This document shows, one piece after another, positions 1 to 12,275 of a stretch of 64,000 nt of DNA; positions within the stretch are counted from its first letter, which is position 1; the number at the start of each line of letters is the position of its first letter. The notes under the pieces were generated by a model. The model was not told the DNA's origin, did not search any database, and worked only from the letters and a program-made list of their open reading frames with translations. Position numbers and translations under genes: made by a program. Source of the stretch: Squalus acanthias. Lineage: Eukaryota. Location: contig CM059432.1 in NCBI GenBank assembly GCA_030390025.1, forward strand, positions 15,626,001 through 15,690,000, read 5' to 3'.

Positions 1-1
1 G

Positions 2-1438
2 GGACTTATCGACCCTCAGGTTCTTCAAAATTGCTAAAACATCTTCCCTCAGAACATCTACCTCCTCCAGCCTATCCACCTTTATCACACTCTCATCCTC
101 AAAAACATGGCCCCTCTCCTCGGTGAACACTGACGAAAAGTATTCATTCATCACCTCTCCTATCTCTTCTGACTCCATGCACAAGTTCCCACTACTGTCC
201 TTGACCGGCCCTACCCTCACCCTGGTCATTCTTTTATTTCTCACATAAGAGTAAAAAGCCTTGGGGTTTTTCTTGATCCGACCCGCCAAGGACTTCTCAT
301 GCCCCCTCCTAGCTCTCCTAAGCTCTTTTTTTAGCTCATTCCTTGCTACCTTGTACCCCTCAATCGACCCAACTGAACCTTGTTTTCTCATCCTTACATA
401 CGCTTCCTTTTTCCTCTTGACTAGACATTCAACCTCTTTTGTGAACCATGGTTCTCTCACTTGGCCATTTCCTCCCTGCCTGACAGGGACATACCTATCA
501 AGGACACACAGTAATTGCTCCATGAAAAAGCTCCACTTTTCGTTTGTGCCTTTCCCTGATAGTTTCTGTTCCCATCTTATGCTCCCTAATTCTTGCCTAA
601 TCGCATCATAATTACCCCTCCCCCAATTATAAACCCTGCCCTGCCGTATGGCCCTATCCCTCTCCATTGCAATAGTGAAAGTCACCGAATTGTGGTCGCT
701 ATCTCCAAAGTGCTCTCCCACATACAAATCAAACACTTGGCCCGGTTCATTACCCAGTACCAAATCCAATGTGGCCCCACCTCTTGTCGGCCTATCCACA
801 TATTGTGTCAGGAAACCCTCCTGCACACACTGTGCAAAAACTATCCCATCCGAACTGTTTGACCTATAAAGGTTCCAATCAATATTTGGAAAGTTGAAGT
901 CACCCATGACAACTACTCTGTGACCTCCACACCTATTCATAATCTGCTTTGCAATTTCTTCCTCCACATCTCTATTACTATTTGGGGGCCTGTAGAAAAC
1001 TCCTAACAACGTGACCGCTCCTTTCCTATTTCTAACTTCAGCCCATATTACCTCAGACGGCAGATCCCCCTCGAACTGCCTTTCTGCCGCTGTTAAACTA
1101 TCCTTGATTAACAATGCTACTCCTCCACCTTTTTTACCACCTTCCCTACTCTTACTGAAACATCTATACCCCGGAACTTCCAACAACCATTCCTGTCCCT
1201 GTTCTAACCATGTCTCCGTAATGGCCACCACATCGTAGTCCCAAGTACCAATCCACGCTCCAAGTTCTCCTACCTTATTCCGGATGCTCCTTGCATTGAA
1301 GTAGACACACTTCAAGCCATCTTCCTGTCTGCTGGTACATTCCTGCGACCTTGATACCCTCCTCAGTACCTCCCTACACTCACCACTGGCTCCTGGACTA
1401 CAGCCCTTTTTCCCATCCCCCTGACAAATTAGTTTAAA
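2..1438 (-). CDS. CR1 ORF2 N-terminal part: APE endonuclease plus linker, 479 open codons running off the window (absent from the ORF track)
   Basis: Manual translation gives YFNARSIRNK, VAITETW, GGGVALL, FYRPP, VMGDFNFP, TLDLVL, GDSDHN, PWFT, KNPKAFYSYV, NEYFSSVFT, DKSP with no stop or frameshift. Confidence 0.92.
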
Positions 1439-1973
1439 CCCTCCCGAAGAGCCGTAGCAAATTTCCCTCCCAGGATATTGGTGCTCCTCTGGTTCAGGTG
1501 CAAACCGTCCTGTTTGTACAGGTCCCACCTTCCCCAGAATGTGCTCCAATTATCCACATAACTGAAACTCTCCCCCCTACACCATCCCTGCAGCCACGTG
1601 TTTATCTGCACTCTCTCCCTGTTCCTCAACTCACTAGCACGTGGCACCGGCAACAAACCAGAAATTACAACATGGTTTGTACTGGCTCTCAGCTTCCAAC
1701 CTAGCTCCCTAAATTCCTGTTTTAAATCCCCGTTCCTTCTCCTACCTATGTCGTTGGTACCGACGTGTACCACGACTTGTGATTGTTCCCCCTCCCCCTT
1801 GAGGATTCTGAAAACACGGTCCGAGACGTCACGGACCCTGGCACCCGGGAGGCAACATACCATCCGTGAGTCTCCTTTGCTGCCACAGAACCTCCTATCT
1901 GTCCCTCTGACTATTGAGTCCCCAATAACTATTGCTCTCCTGCTCTCCCCCCTTCCCTTCTGAGCCACAGGGA
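1429..1973 (-). CDS. CR1 ORF1 C-terminal SGNH/GDSL esterase domain (partial; the N-terminal ~15 aa of the listed 196-aa ORF come from flanking DNA)
   Basis: Blocks IVIGDSIVRG, CLPGA, VHVGTNDIG and DGLHLN contain all SGNH catalytic residues. Confidence 0.92.
1432..1438 (-). promoter_or_regulatory. Candidate -1 ribosomal frameshift slippery heptamer U_UUA_AAC at the ORF1/ORF2 junction
   Basis: Minus strand reads GAG GGT TTA AAC TAA. The heptamer is in X_XXY_YYZ phase, and the -1 frame (TTT AAA CTA ATT TGT CAG) is ORF2. Confidence 0.6.
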
Positions 1974-2635
1974 TGTTAGAATATTTGGCGATAATGCCAT
2001 TGAGTATTCTTTTAAACAATCGATATTAGAGATAAAGAAATCTTCAGACAATAAAACATTTGTTTGCTGCTTTGTGCTACTGAGCCACGTAGCCCAGAAG
2101 GTCTGAGCTTTGAATCCAAATTTGTGCTGAGTTAGGTACATATATACAAAAATATATCAAAACAATGAAAATGTGCAAAACGCAGAGACACACACTCGTC
2201 CGTGAGTATGAAATAATCTACAAGTGTGTGGTAAATACACAGAATGACAAGCTCTTTTGAGATGAAAATGTGCCGGCCAGGATACTCCAAAACCATGGCT
2301 CTGAACTGAAGCTGATTTTTTTTAACACTCATCATTGTTTATGTCACCATACCTTTTGCCTTCAAAATGTGTCCTGTTATTGTGACAAAAATTGTCTATC
2401 TTAATTTTTTTGAGACGACCATTGGGGTGTTACAGTGGCTTGCGTGCACTGCAGGAACTTGTGCTTCTATGGATATTGCACGAGAACATGATTTGGCTTG
2501 ATGTTCTGAAGAATTCGGCAGATATTCACTCTACAGCTTATAAATAAAAAAACGGCCACTTGGGTGATATGCCAGAGGGCTTCCAGCGTCCCAAAGAATA
2601 GCACCTTCAAACAACAGTCTGACTTTTGTACAGCA

Positions 2636-3350
2636 TCTTTAATGTAGCAAAGCATCCCAAGGTGCTCTACAGAGGAGAAATGAACGGCGGGTGGTGTGAA
2701 AAACGTTAGGAGAGAGGATCAAAAAAAAGCTTGGTTGGGATGATGTACTTTGAGGAGGTTTGTCAAGGTGGGGACAGAAGCAGAAAAGCACAGGGGTTGA
2801 AGGAGAGGGTGTCAGTGAAGTGTGGGTGGGACAGTAGGCTAGAGATAGGATTGAAGGGTGAAGACTGGAACATAGGGCTGGAAGAGACGGAGTCAGTGAA
2901 GGCCAGCAAACACAGGCTGAAGGGTGATGGGAACTAGTGTGGGACAGGAAGCTATTGGCAGAGTCTTGGAAAACCTGGAGTTTGTGTCGGGTGGATCTCA
3001 AGAGGCCAGTAAGAAGGATGTTGGCGATGTCAAGTCTGGACGTGGCAGCATATGATTTTGGTGGTGGGGTTTGAAGGTCAGCTGAGGGTCAAACAATCGT
3101 CTGGTTGATCCTGAGCAAGTAACTAGGGAAGGGGCTGGTGTCAGGCGCAAGGGGATGGAGTTGTTGGTGGGAACCAAATAAGATGGCTTTGGTCTTGATA
3201 CACAGTTGAAAGCAGGTCTGGTTCACCCACGACTTAATGCATGACAAAAGAAGTCTGACATTATGGGCATGGAGTCGAAGGTGGTGGTGGTGGAGAGGTA
3301 GAGCTGGGCGTCAGCAGTGCGCATGTACAACTGACCCCATGCAAATAGAG
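2636..3350 (-). mobile_element. Old degenerate L2-clade LINE 3' fragment
   Basis: Decayed match to the L2 tail and RT-region sequence seen in better copies (52905-54150, 61493-62050). Confidence 0.6.
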
Positions 3351-3410
3351 ACTGAGGGTGTAAACGACATCGGTGGTATTATCCATTCAAGCAGTTTAAC
3401 ACAATGTAGG

Positions 3411-3754
3411 GAGGAGTTTGCATATTCTCCCCGTGTCTGCGTGGGTTTCCTCCGGGTGCTCCGGTTTCCTCCCACAGTCCAAAAATGTGCGGGTTAGGTT
3501 GATTTGGCTATGATAAATTGACCCTTAGTGTTAGGGGGGGATTAAATATGTGGGGTTATGGGGATAGGATGGGATATGTTAGGGGGAATTAAATACGTGG
3601 GGTTACGGGGGTAGGGTGGGATATGTGTACTGTGGGGATTAAAGCAGGGACAGGGTACTGGATTTGAATGATCAGCCATGATCGTATTGAATGGTGGAGC
3701 AGGCTCGACGGGCCGAATGGCCTACTCCTGCTCCTAGATTCTATGTTTCTATGT
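3411..3754 (+). mobile_element. 5'-truncated HE1-like V-SINE with an internal ~48-bp tandem duplication, followed by a CR1 3' tail
   Basis: V-domain ggagtttgcatattctccccgtgtctgcgtgggtttcctccgggtgctccggtttcctcccacagtcc; duplicated gttagggg..attaaata..gggatatg; CR1 tail ending ttctatgtttctatg. Confidence 0.85.
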
Positions 3755-3816
3755 AAGTGGCAAACATGCTTAATACAGTGAATTCTTTACAAGGTGTGCC
3801 TGATCTCTCTTACCTT

Positions 3817-3996
3817 AGAAACATCGAACATAGAAAAATAGGAGCAGGAGTCGGCCATTTGGCCCTTCGCGCCTGCTCCGCCATTCAATATGATCATGGC
3901 TGATCCTCTATCTCAATACCATATTCCCCCTCTCTCCCCATACCCCTTGATGCCTTTTGTGTCTAGAAATCTATCTATCTCCTTCTTAAATATATT
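3817..3996 (-). mobile_element. CR1 LINE 3' end
   Basis: Reverse complement of the CR1 tail (gatcagccatgatc...ggagcaggcgcgaagggccaaatggccgactcctgctcc). Confidence 0.85.
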
Positions 3997-4439
3997 CTTA
4001 AATATACCTTGCGTGATCTAGTAAGATCATTAAGCTTCTTCCAGCATTGAGTGACAGTGCATTGGATGGTTGCATTAGCACAGCTCTGTCCACCTATCAC
4101 CACCAGCTTTCTGCCTATCCATGCCAAACACTACTTTTCTCCCGCCACTACCCTCCTACACGAGCATTTTGACATTTGCACCTTTGAACTTCCCGGTTTG
4201 CGGCAGAAATACTTTTTAGGTGATGTCTGGTCTTCTAAGCTGCCATTCCCTGCTTCCAAATGGGCAAGGTTCCAATAAGAGGTGTTTCCAACACCCGGAG
4301 CTCGCCCTCATTGTTCAAATGAAGCTGACCCCGGATATTATGGTGGGGTTCGTGCTTGTGATGTCAGCTGGAGAGAAGTCCCGGGACGGCCCACCACACT
4401 TCTGGCAGGGATAACGCTCCCATGGAAAATCTAGGCTTG

Positions 4440-4880
4440 TGCGCCACTAGGTGGGGACTGTTGTCGGAGGCAGAAGCAAGGGAATTGTTTATCAGGTCGA
4501 CAGAGGCAGTGGTATCTTAGCAGATGGAGAGCCATAGGAAAGGGACTTGGGAGTTAGTATGTTAGTGAGGGAGCTGGGGAAGAATTTTTTTTTCCAGGAA
4601 TGGAGGGTGATGGTAGTGGTGAGACCTCACCTCATGGCAAAGGTAAGGGGATGTCTTTGGGTGGGGGATTTATGTGCAGGATAAGGTTGAGTCAAAACAG
4701 CAGTGAAGTTAGAATAGACAATGCCAGGCTAATTTAGGTGAAGTTTGAAATGCACCAAGGTTGCAGAGTCAGCGGGGTGATCGACCGGGGGAGAGATGGG
4801 AGTGGAAGAGGCTGACATGCTCCAATGAGAAAAAGTTGCCAAAGGTGTAGGGACAGAGACTACGATGGGGCTTCTCACCT
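4440..4880 (-). mobile_element. Very old LINE (probably L2) internal fragment
   Basis: Purine-rich decayed sequence resembling antisense L2 endonuclease/linker region; weak. Confidence 0.35.
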
Positions 4881-5145
4881 GAAAAAGCTATTAACTGTCT
4901 TGTATGTTTTAAAATGCACCAAGCACCAAGCCTAAGATTTCCATTTTAAAAAGAATCCCATTTATAAAAATTTGAAGAAGTAATAATTCCAGTGAAATCG
5001 TGCGCTCAGTGGTTTAACATCCATTAACAAGTACCAGCAGCAGCACAACACATCTATTTACCACAGAATGTATCTTCTCAACTGGATTTTAAATGGATTT
5101 GGTGTGAATTTAGTAGATATTAAGTCATTTTGCACTAAAGTTTAA

Positions 5146-5987
5146 GGGGGAAAAATTCGGTTGATTAGCGCCTCCTGTTAGCGCCCAAAGAGGGTAAAGC
5201 AACTAGCCGCTCGTGAAATTGACCAGACATTTTGCGGTGGCGCTAAACACTACTGCCACGATCTCCTGCGCCGGCAGATCGTGACGTCAGTCGAGCGTGC
5301 AACGCCCCGGACCGGATATTGAGTGGCGCCCCCTGCCTTACTGCCTGCCGCTAGCAACGACAAGTAGAGGGGAACGTTTTGCAGTCGGGAAGGGACTGGG
5401 GGAGCGCTATTTAAAGGCGGTCGTTTCCTGCCTTTTTTTGTCGGCAACATTTTTGTACCACGCATTCTGAGAGAGAGTGAGATACTTCTGGAGAGATTCA
5501 ACGCTGTGTGAAGGAGTTTTGGGTACTGAGCAGCACTTTGCAGGTTCATTTTGATTTGACCTTCCTTGCATCGATTTAGAAGAAACTATAGGGCTGCACT
5601 CTGAGCTCTTTCCTGGGCCTCTCCATTGTTCTTTCCAGCAGAATTGATGTACAGGTCTCTCCAGGCCGAGATTCAAGGCTGCAATGAGCAGGATGTGGAT
5701 GGAAAGCAAGATCGACCCTCCCCTTTAAGAACTGGCCAGCGCCAGTGTGTGTGTGTTCCATTGCTGACTGACATCACATGAGCTTCGCCAGCGCTCTGAG
5801 GTAGCGCCTCGCTCCTCGGCGTTAGCGCCTTAAGAGAGGTGTGTAGCGCCTGATTTAGCACTCAAATCATCTCTAGGGGCGATAGAAGCCAAGTTTGCAG
5901 TCGGAGGCGATAATTAGCGCCAGGCGCTAATCTTTGCGCCCGGCCGATAATTGCGCCCCAAACGGGGCGATACTGAATTTCTCCCCC
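5146..5987. mobile_element. GC-rich non-autonomous DNA transposon (MITE family A), PIF/Harbinger-like
   Basis: TIRs gggggaaaaattcgg / ctgaatttctccccc; flanking TAA...TAA 3-bp TSD; homologous in opposite orientation to 28131-28946. Confidence 0.85.
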
Positions 5988-7199
5988 TAAATGTCAGCAT
6001 ATTTTGTGGCGGTTGCTGTTCTACTTAAGGGGTAATATATCGATGGCAAGAAATTATATCCCTAAAAGGTGAGGGAATCTGTTTCATATTGGTCCTCAAA
6101 AGCATTTCCTTGTGTGTTTTTGTAGCTTTTGAAATGCTTGCATTATCACGTTTTTCTCTGACATTTTATTTTGGAATTTTCTGCGTTAAAAGTTAAGTGG
6201 AATTGGACAGACCTAAAAATGCTGCTTAATTTGACGCACTAAGAATGAGCAAAATGTATTTTTGAGTTTACCTCTGAAATCATATTGCAGTTCTCAAGGC
6301 AGTTTCATATTAATAGTGTTCCTTTGGTAGCAGATGCTTTGCCATCCCATCACCAACAGTAAGGCAAAGAAGGCGAACTCATATCTGTTGTGACGCAAAT
6401 GTTTTTGAGTCCTGAGAGTCTGGAGGTATGGAAAACGCGATCCCCTTCTTACTGACCCTCCAAATGGGGACAAGCAGCATACAGATGTATGCGGAAAGGG
6501 AGAGCAGTTGTTTCAAGGTTGCAGGACCCTGCTTGAGCACCACTGCAGATCTCGGGCGACAATATAAAAGCACCTCGAGAGTTGATGCATGTCATGTTTG
6601 GATGTGTGGCTGATGCTTAATAAAATTAATCTGATCCTTGAATATTTCGAAGGGTCTTTTTGGGGAAAAATGCATAGTTGACAACTCCTACTAGCAATCT
6701 GCTGCTTTTAACAGATTATCATATGATACGAGGATTATATTGACATCTTTTTGCTCCTAGCAGGGTTCAAATTTTAATGATTTGCGAGACTGTCTTTGTG
6801 TATAGAGAGGAATTTATAATTTCTGTCACAGCATTGTCACGTGTCAAAATTGACACTGTTACGGGTTACAAGGCTCAAAATGCTTGTGTCTCAAAGCTTC
6901 TAATTACGATGAGCATTCAGTAGATTACTATCCCGATGTGAACTATTTGGAATGATTTGTCAGTGCCTTTCACACTGCAATACAGCTACATTTGGATTTT
7001 CTAATTGTTGCAACTGCCAGGTGTACGTAAAAAAAAAAAAAAAATTAAAAAAATTGAATAAATCTGAAAGCCAATTCTGGTAGAGAAATGCAAAGTCACA
7101 AAGCTGGGAAAGGAAAACCAAACAGTGGAAGTACAAAATAAAATGGAACAGTCTGCAGGAAACAACACAGGAGAGCGATTTGGGATTTTCGTGGAAAAT

Positions 7200-7835
7200 G
7201 GCCCTAAACCATTAGTACGATGTATCCCAGTAGTGATATAGCAAACAGGTTATTGGGATAAAGCACTGGTCTGCCCCACCTTGAGTATTGAGTACAGTTC
7301 TGGACACTTTTGTTGGGGGAGAAAGGACATCCTGCCCTTACAAGGGATACAAAGAACTGATAAATGGGATTGGACATCTATGCTATGAGGAAAGACTACA
7401 GATATTAGGGATGTTCATTTTGGAGGTGATTTTATTGAAATATTTAACATCCTAAAGAGAATTGGTAAATTGGATCCAGAAAGAAAAAAGACTTGCATTT
7501 ATATAGTGCCTTTCATGACCTCTGAACGTCCCGAGGCGCTTTACAGCCAATGAAGTACCTTTTGAAGTGTAGTCGCTGTTGTAATGTTCAATATTAACAC
7601 AAGCTGTAGGACCAGGTGACATGGATTCAAGCTTAGATAAGAAAAGGTCACTGGACACTTAAAATTAAAAATTTTATGTACAGGATGGTTACTATGTGGA
7701 ATTGGGAGGCAGTGGAAGCAGAGAATAGTATTAAGAGGTGATGGATACATTTTTTGCAGACAGGACTACAGAAGGGTATGAGAGATATTGTAGGGAATAA
7801 AGTAATTGACCTTTGGTACTGGCCTGATGGATCGA
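7200..7835 (+). mobile_element. Old CR1 RT/3' fragment interrupted by a DeuSINE tail (7481-7590, minus)
   Basis: ccccaccttgagtattgagtacagttctgg (PHLEY.VQFW-like) and later CR1 motifs; SINE tail agacttgcatttatatagtgcctttcatgacc. Confidence 0.7.
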
Positions 7836-8392
7836 ATTCCTGAGGACATTGCGACATACTGGGGGCAGGGTGATTAGTTAAGTGTGTCTCATGATGCATC
7901 ATAGATAAGCACGGTCTCTTGGAATTTGTTCGATTGTTTTATAACGTCTGGATAACATCCCAGAGGTTGTCCTGAAATTGGCAGTTGCTTTGCTCTTTGT
8001 TCCCCCTCCCCAGGAGTTGGCATTACTGGTGAGTTGGGAAAGGTTTTTCATGAGGCTGTACCGTCGAATGGACAGGGTAAACATTAATGGGGCCGATATT
8101 TCCTTTTCTTTTTATATGTTCATATGTGAACGGAATTCTAGGGCACACAAGCAGCTTTGTTTTTTAATTGGAGCAGGAAATGCCTAACTGGAATATTTTC
8201 CCTCAATTCCAGGTTGATTGTAACCCACATGTTTCATCATCTCTCAGGAGTTAGTTGGCAGCATGGTACTGAATACTAGGATGCTGTATCGTTCTGCTGA
8301 CCAGGAAGTATATGCCCCCCCCCCCACTAATACACTTCTCAGTGCTGACACTACTGAATAGGATCAAATTGTAGGGATTTTTCTTTGAAGTG

Positions 8393-8833
8393 CAACAACT
8401 TGTATTTATATAGCGCCCTTAATGTAGTAAAACGTCCCAAGGCGCTCCACAGGAGTTGTTATAAAACAAAATTTGACACCGAGCCACATAGGAGAAATAA
8501 GGGCAGATGGCCAAAAGCTTGGTCAAAGAGGTAGGTTTTAAGGAGCGTCTTAAAGGAGGAAAGAGAGGCGGAGAGGTTTAGGGAGGGAATTCCAGAGCTT
8601 AGGACCTTGACAGCTGAGGGCACGGTCGCCGATGGTTGAGCGATTTATAATCAGAGATGCTCAAGAGGGCAGAATTAGAGGAGCGCAGATATCTTGGGGG
8701 TGGGGGTGGGGGCTGGAGGAGATTACAGAGATAGGGAGGGGCGAGGCCATGGAGGGATTTGAAAACAAGGATGTGAATTTTAAAATCAAAGCGTTGCCGG
8801 ACCAGGTGCCAATGTCGGTCAGCGAGCACAGGA
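8393..8833 (-). mobile_element. L2-clade LINE 3' fragment
   Basis: Encodes HWHLVRQRFDFKIHILVFKSLHGLAPPYL; tail ggcgctatataaatacaagttgttg. Confidence 0.9.
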
Positions 8834-8864
8834 CCCCCCTCACATTGCTGACATTACTGAATAG

Positions 8865-9072
8865 AAGTGAGAAGTCGCACAACACCAGGTTATAGTCCAA
8901 CAGCTTTATTTGAAATCACAAGCTTTCGGAGCGGCTGCTCCTTCGTCCGCTGACGAAGGAGCAGCGCTCCGAAAGCTTGTGATTTCAAATAAAACTGTTG
9001 GACTATAACCTGGTGTTGTGCGACTTCTCACTTTTGTCCACCCCAGTCCAACACCGGCATCTCCGCATCATG
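8865..9072 (+). mobile_element. Penelope-like element family 1, fold-back palindromic 3'-end copy
   Basis: ~80-bp inverted arms around 8947-8950, a ~38-bp unpaired tail ending catcatg, and a 12-bp TSD ATTACTGAATAG (8853-8864, 9073-9084). Confidence 0.85.
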
Positions 9073-9774
9073 ATTACTGAATAGGATCACATTGTCGGGA
9101 TTTTTCTTTGAATGAAGTACAGGGATTGTGGAAGTTTTCGCTGGGTATATTAGTAATAATCGTTTACCCAATTGCTGCCATTTTGTAACTGCCTGTAGTG
9201 ACTACCACCAGCCCCGGACGTTATTTTTGCTCTGTATTTTGTGCATGAGTAGTTGCTGCCCTTATCTAAGCCTTTACAATGAATAGTCCGACACTCTTTG
9301 TTCAAAGGTGGCTAAACAGCTGCTGCCCCCCCAGGGTATTCTGTGCCTTACCCGTGTGCTGCCCCAGTGACTGCAAGAATAACAATGAGGAATAGTGTAG
9401 ATGTCACGTTAAAAGGCCAGTAACAGTAAACGGCATTGTTCTGAAGTTTAGTGGGGTTTCACCATTTTATTTCCATAATGTGTCCCCAAGATGTTATAAC
9501 CAAGGCTGACTCACTTAGAACAGACAGAGCCTTGTAGAATGGGCTTCGAACTGATTGGAACAAAGGGAATGTAAAATTAACTCAACAGCGTTACGGGATG
9601 TGGAATTTTAATAGTTTATAAACTCAGTCTTTTTTAAACTTCTAAGGGATTTTATAAGTATGAATGCTCAAAATGTCTGAACATTAAAGACACTTTACAT
9701 GGCTGTATTATATTAGTGATATCATGATAATCCATTCTGATGTTTGCTTGAGGACCCCATGACAGAATTATAAG

Positions 9775-10385
9775 AAGAAAGAAGTTGCATTTATATAGCG
9801 TCTTTTACAACACCAGGATGTCCCAAATGCTTTGCAGCCAATGAAGTACTTTTTAAAGTGTAGTCATTGTTGTAATGTAGGAAGTACGGCAGCCAATTTG
9901 TGCACAGTAAACTCTCTAATGGGCATAGTCTCAGGATAAGGGGTCGGCCATTTAGGACTGAGATGAGGAGAAATTTCTTCACTCAGAGGGTGGTGAATCT
10001 TTGGAATTCTTTACCCCAGAGGGCTGTGGAGGCTCAGTCGGTGAGTATATTCAAGGCTTAGATGGATAGATTTTTGGACTAGGGGAATCAAGGGATATGC
10101 GGATCGTGCAAAAAAAAGTGGAGTTGAGGTCAAAGATCAGCCATGATCTTATTGAATGGCGGAGCAGGCTCGAGAGGCCTACTCCTGCTGCGGTTTCTTA
10201 TGTTCTTATGTTCCCAGAAACAGCAATGTGATAATGACCAGATATTCATTTTTTAGTGATGTTGGTTAAGGGATAAATATTGGTCAGGACACAGGGAGAA
10301 CTCCCCTGCGCCTCTTCGACACAGTGCCCTGGGATCTTTTATGTCCATCTGAGAGAGCAGTTGGGGCTCGGTTTAACGTCTCATT
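9775..10385 (-). mobile_element. DeuSINE (SacSINE1/AmnSINE1-like) split by a plus-strand CR1 3' end at 9917-10213
   Basis: Deu-domain sequence on both sides (gtgcacagtaaactc|ccagaaacagcaatgtgataatgacc); the insert encodes GHSLRIRGRPFRTEMRRNFFTQRVVNLWNSLP. Confidence 0.88.
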
Positions 10386-10544
10386 CGATTTTTAATAAGG
10401 CTTTTTTAGCATGGTTTCAGTTCAAATTAACAGTTAATTTTAATTAAGCAACTTTGAACTAAGTAGAATGTAAGTTTAAAAAAGAGGATTATACGTTAAA
10501 TGGAACAGTAATGTCAGATGGTCATCGGGAGAGAGATCTAATAT

Positions 10545-10800
10545 ACTTGGACTTGCATAGCGTCTTATGGTGCATTGAAACGTTTTGTTCTGTTTTACAC
10601 GATGATTTACATTTATGGAGCGCAGTGACTTGGTATGTAGGCAAACCTGGCAGCCTTTCTGACTCGGCAATTCATTGTCTTTTGGTTTTTATTGGTTGAG
10701 GGAAGAATATTGGCTAAGATCTGCTCTTTTGCAAATAATATCTTGGGATCTTTAGTGTCCACCTGAATAAACAGACGGGATCTCGGTTTAATGTCGACAA
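10545..10800 (-). mobile_element. Degenerate DeuSINE
   Basis: Decayed ggttgagggaagaatattggc, gggatctttagtgtccacctga, ctcggtttaatgtc. Confidence 0.65.
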
Positions 10801-11946
10801 GGATTGATCTGGACAAATTTCATACGTCTGGAGTTTCTACAGGGCTCTTCAGCGAAGCCCCTGAGAAAGGACGCAAGCGGCTAAAAACGGCCCCTTCCCT
10901 GGGGCTTCTGCCGAAGTTATGGCAGGAGATCGGGAGAAGTCCGCGGAGGTTCAGGACACCACAGTCCTCGGGGCCCGAGCGTGGCTGCAGTAAAACCAAG
11001 GGGGGAATTAGACAGCCCGCCTCTGCCTATTTACCATTAACGAAGGGTCAGCGCCACCACCCGAAGGCAGTGGAAGGTCCGTTCCAGAGGCGCAGTGGGG
11101 CCATTGGAGTTTTGGGCCCCTTTCTGTTCCTATGAACACCGCATTTCCCCAGTTAGTTTGAGTGAAGTCTGATCCAGAAGTAATCTCTTTAATTTAGATT
11201 TAGTCAGCTTCTCTGTGAAGAGCCGAAAAACTTGCCAGCAAATGATTTCATATTTTCTGTATAAAGTTTAGAGACCATTTTCCATTTAATTTCAGTGGCA
11301 TCGCAAATTGATTATCTTCTCCATTGGTCCTATTTCCCTTTTCTGGACCTTTTTGTTTCTAACAGCAAGACTTTCCAGTAAAACTACAGGTTGGTTCTGT
11401 GTAAGAAAACAATCATAACATCTAAGCTGGCTGAACCAGTCGAAATTGCTCTGAAGTTAGTGCCCTTTGACTTTGTCTGCATTGCTGTTGTACTGTTTGA
11501 TAATTGCTTTTTTTCCACTTTCTGCTGTCTTTTTGAAGTGGGCAGGGACAGGAAAATGATGATGATTCTCTCCCAGCTGTGGATTCAGCTGAAACCGTCG
11601 CACCTGCAACAACAACAGCGCTGTATTCATAGGGAGTGTATTCCCACCGGAGTTCTCCTGACTGGTCGCTGTAGCTTTGGTGGAACAGCTGCGGGAATCC
11701 TGGAAAAACGGCGGGAGAATCTGCGCAGAAGTACACCCGCAGAAACTCTTGGATCACAGAAGGAGGCCATTTGGCCCACCAAGCCTGTGCCAGCTCTCTG
11801 AAAGAGCTACCCACTTAACTACAATCCCTGCCATTCCCCGTAGCCTTTAAAATTGTTTCTTTTCAAATGTATGTCCACTTCTATCCAATTCTCCGTTGTT
11901 TCTGTGTTGATCTTAAATTTAAGCCTTCTAGTTAGTGACTCACTGA

Positions 11947-12275
11947 CCAACAACAACTTGTATTTATATAGCACCTTTAACGTAGTAAAACGTCTCAAAG
12001 TGCTTCACAGGAGTATTGTAAGACAAAAAAATTTGACACGAGCCACATAAGGAGAAATTAGGGCAGGTGACCAAATGCTTGGTCAAGGAGGTAGGTTTTA
12101 AGGAGCGTCTTAAAGGAGGAGAGAGAGGTTTAGGCAGGGAATTCCAGAGCTTAGGGCCCAGGCAACAGAAGGCACGGCCACCAATGGTTGAGCGATTATA
12201 ATCATGGATGCTCAAGAGGGCAGAATTAGAGGAGCGCAGCTATCTCGAGGGGGCGGGGGGGTGGTTGTGGGTGGA
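11947..12275 (-). mobile_element. L2-clade LINE 3' end
   Basis: Encodes RSTIGGRAFCCLGPKLWNSLP; L2 tail with (ttg)n. Confidence 0.9.

Larger units (their letters stand above)
1..1973 (-). mobile_element. CR1-clade LINE, 5'-truncated within ORF1, continuing off the left edge; young copy
   Basis: SGNH esterase ORF1 followed by APE endonuclease ORF2, both without stops in the visible part. Confidence 0.95.

Noticed and set aside
261..1963. Plus-strand ORFs over the left-edge LINE and similar short ORFs across the window
   Set aside because: They are antisense shadows of TE coding sequence or random ORFs with no recognisable domains.
5146..5987. CpG-rich blocks (also 16007, 28131, 33450, 55370) as a CpG-island promoter or exon 1
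   Set aside because: They are bounded by TIRs and TSDs, occur in multiple copies, and contain no signal-peptide exon.
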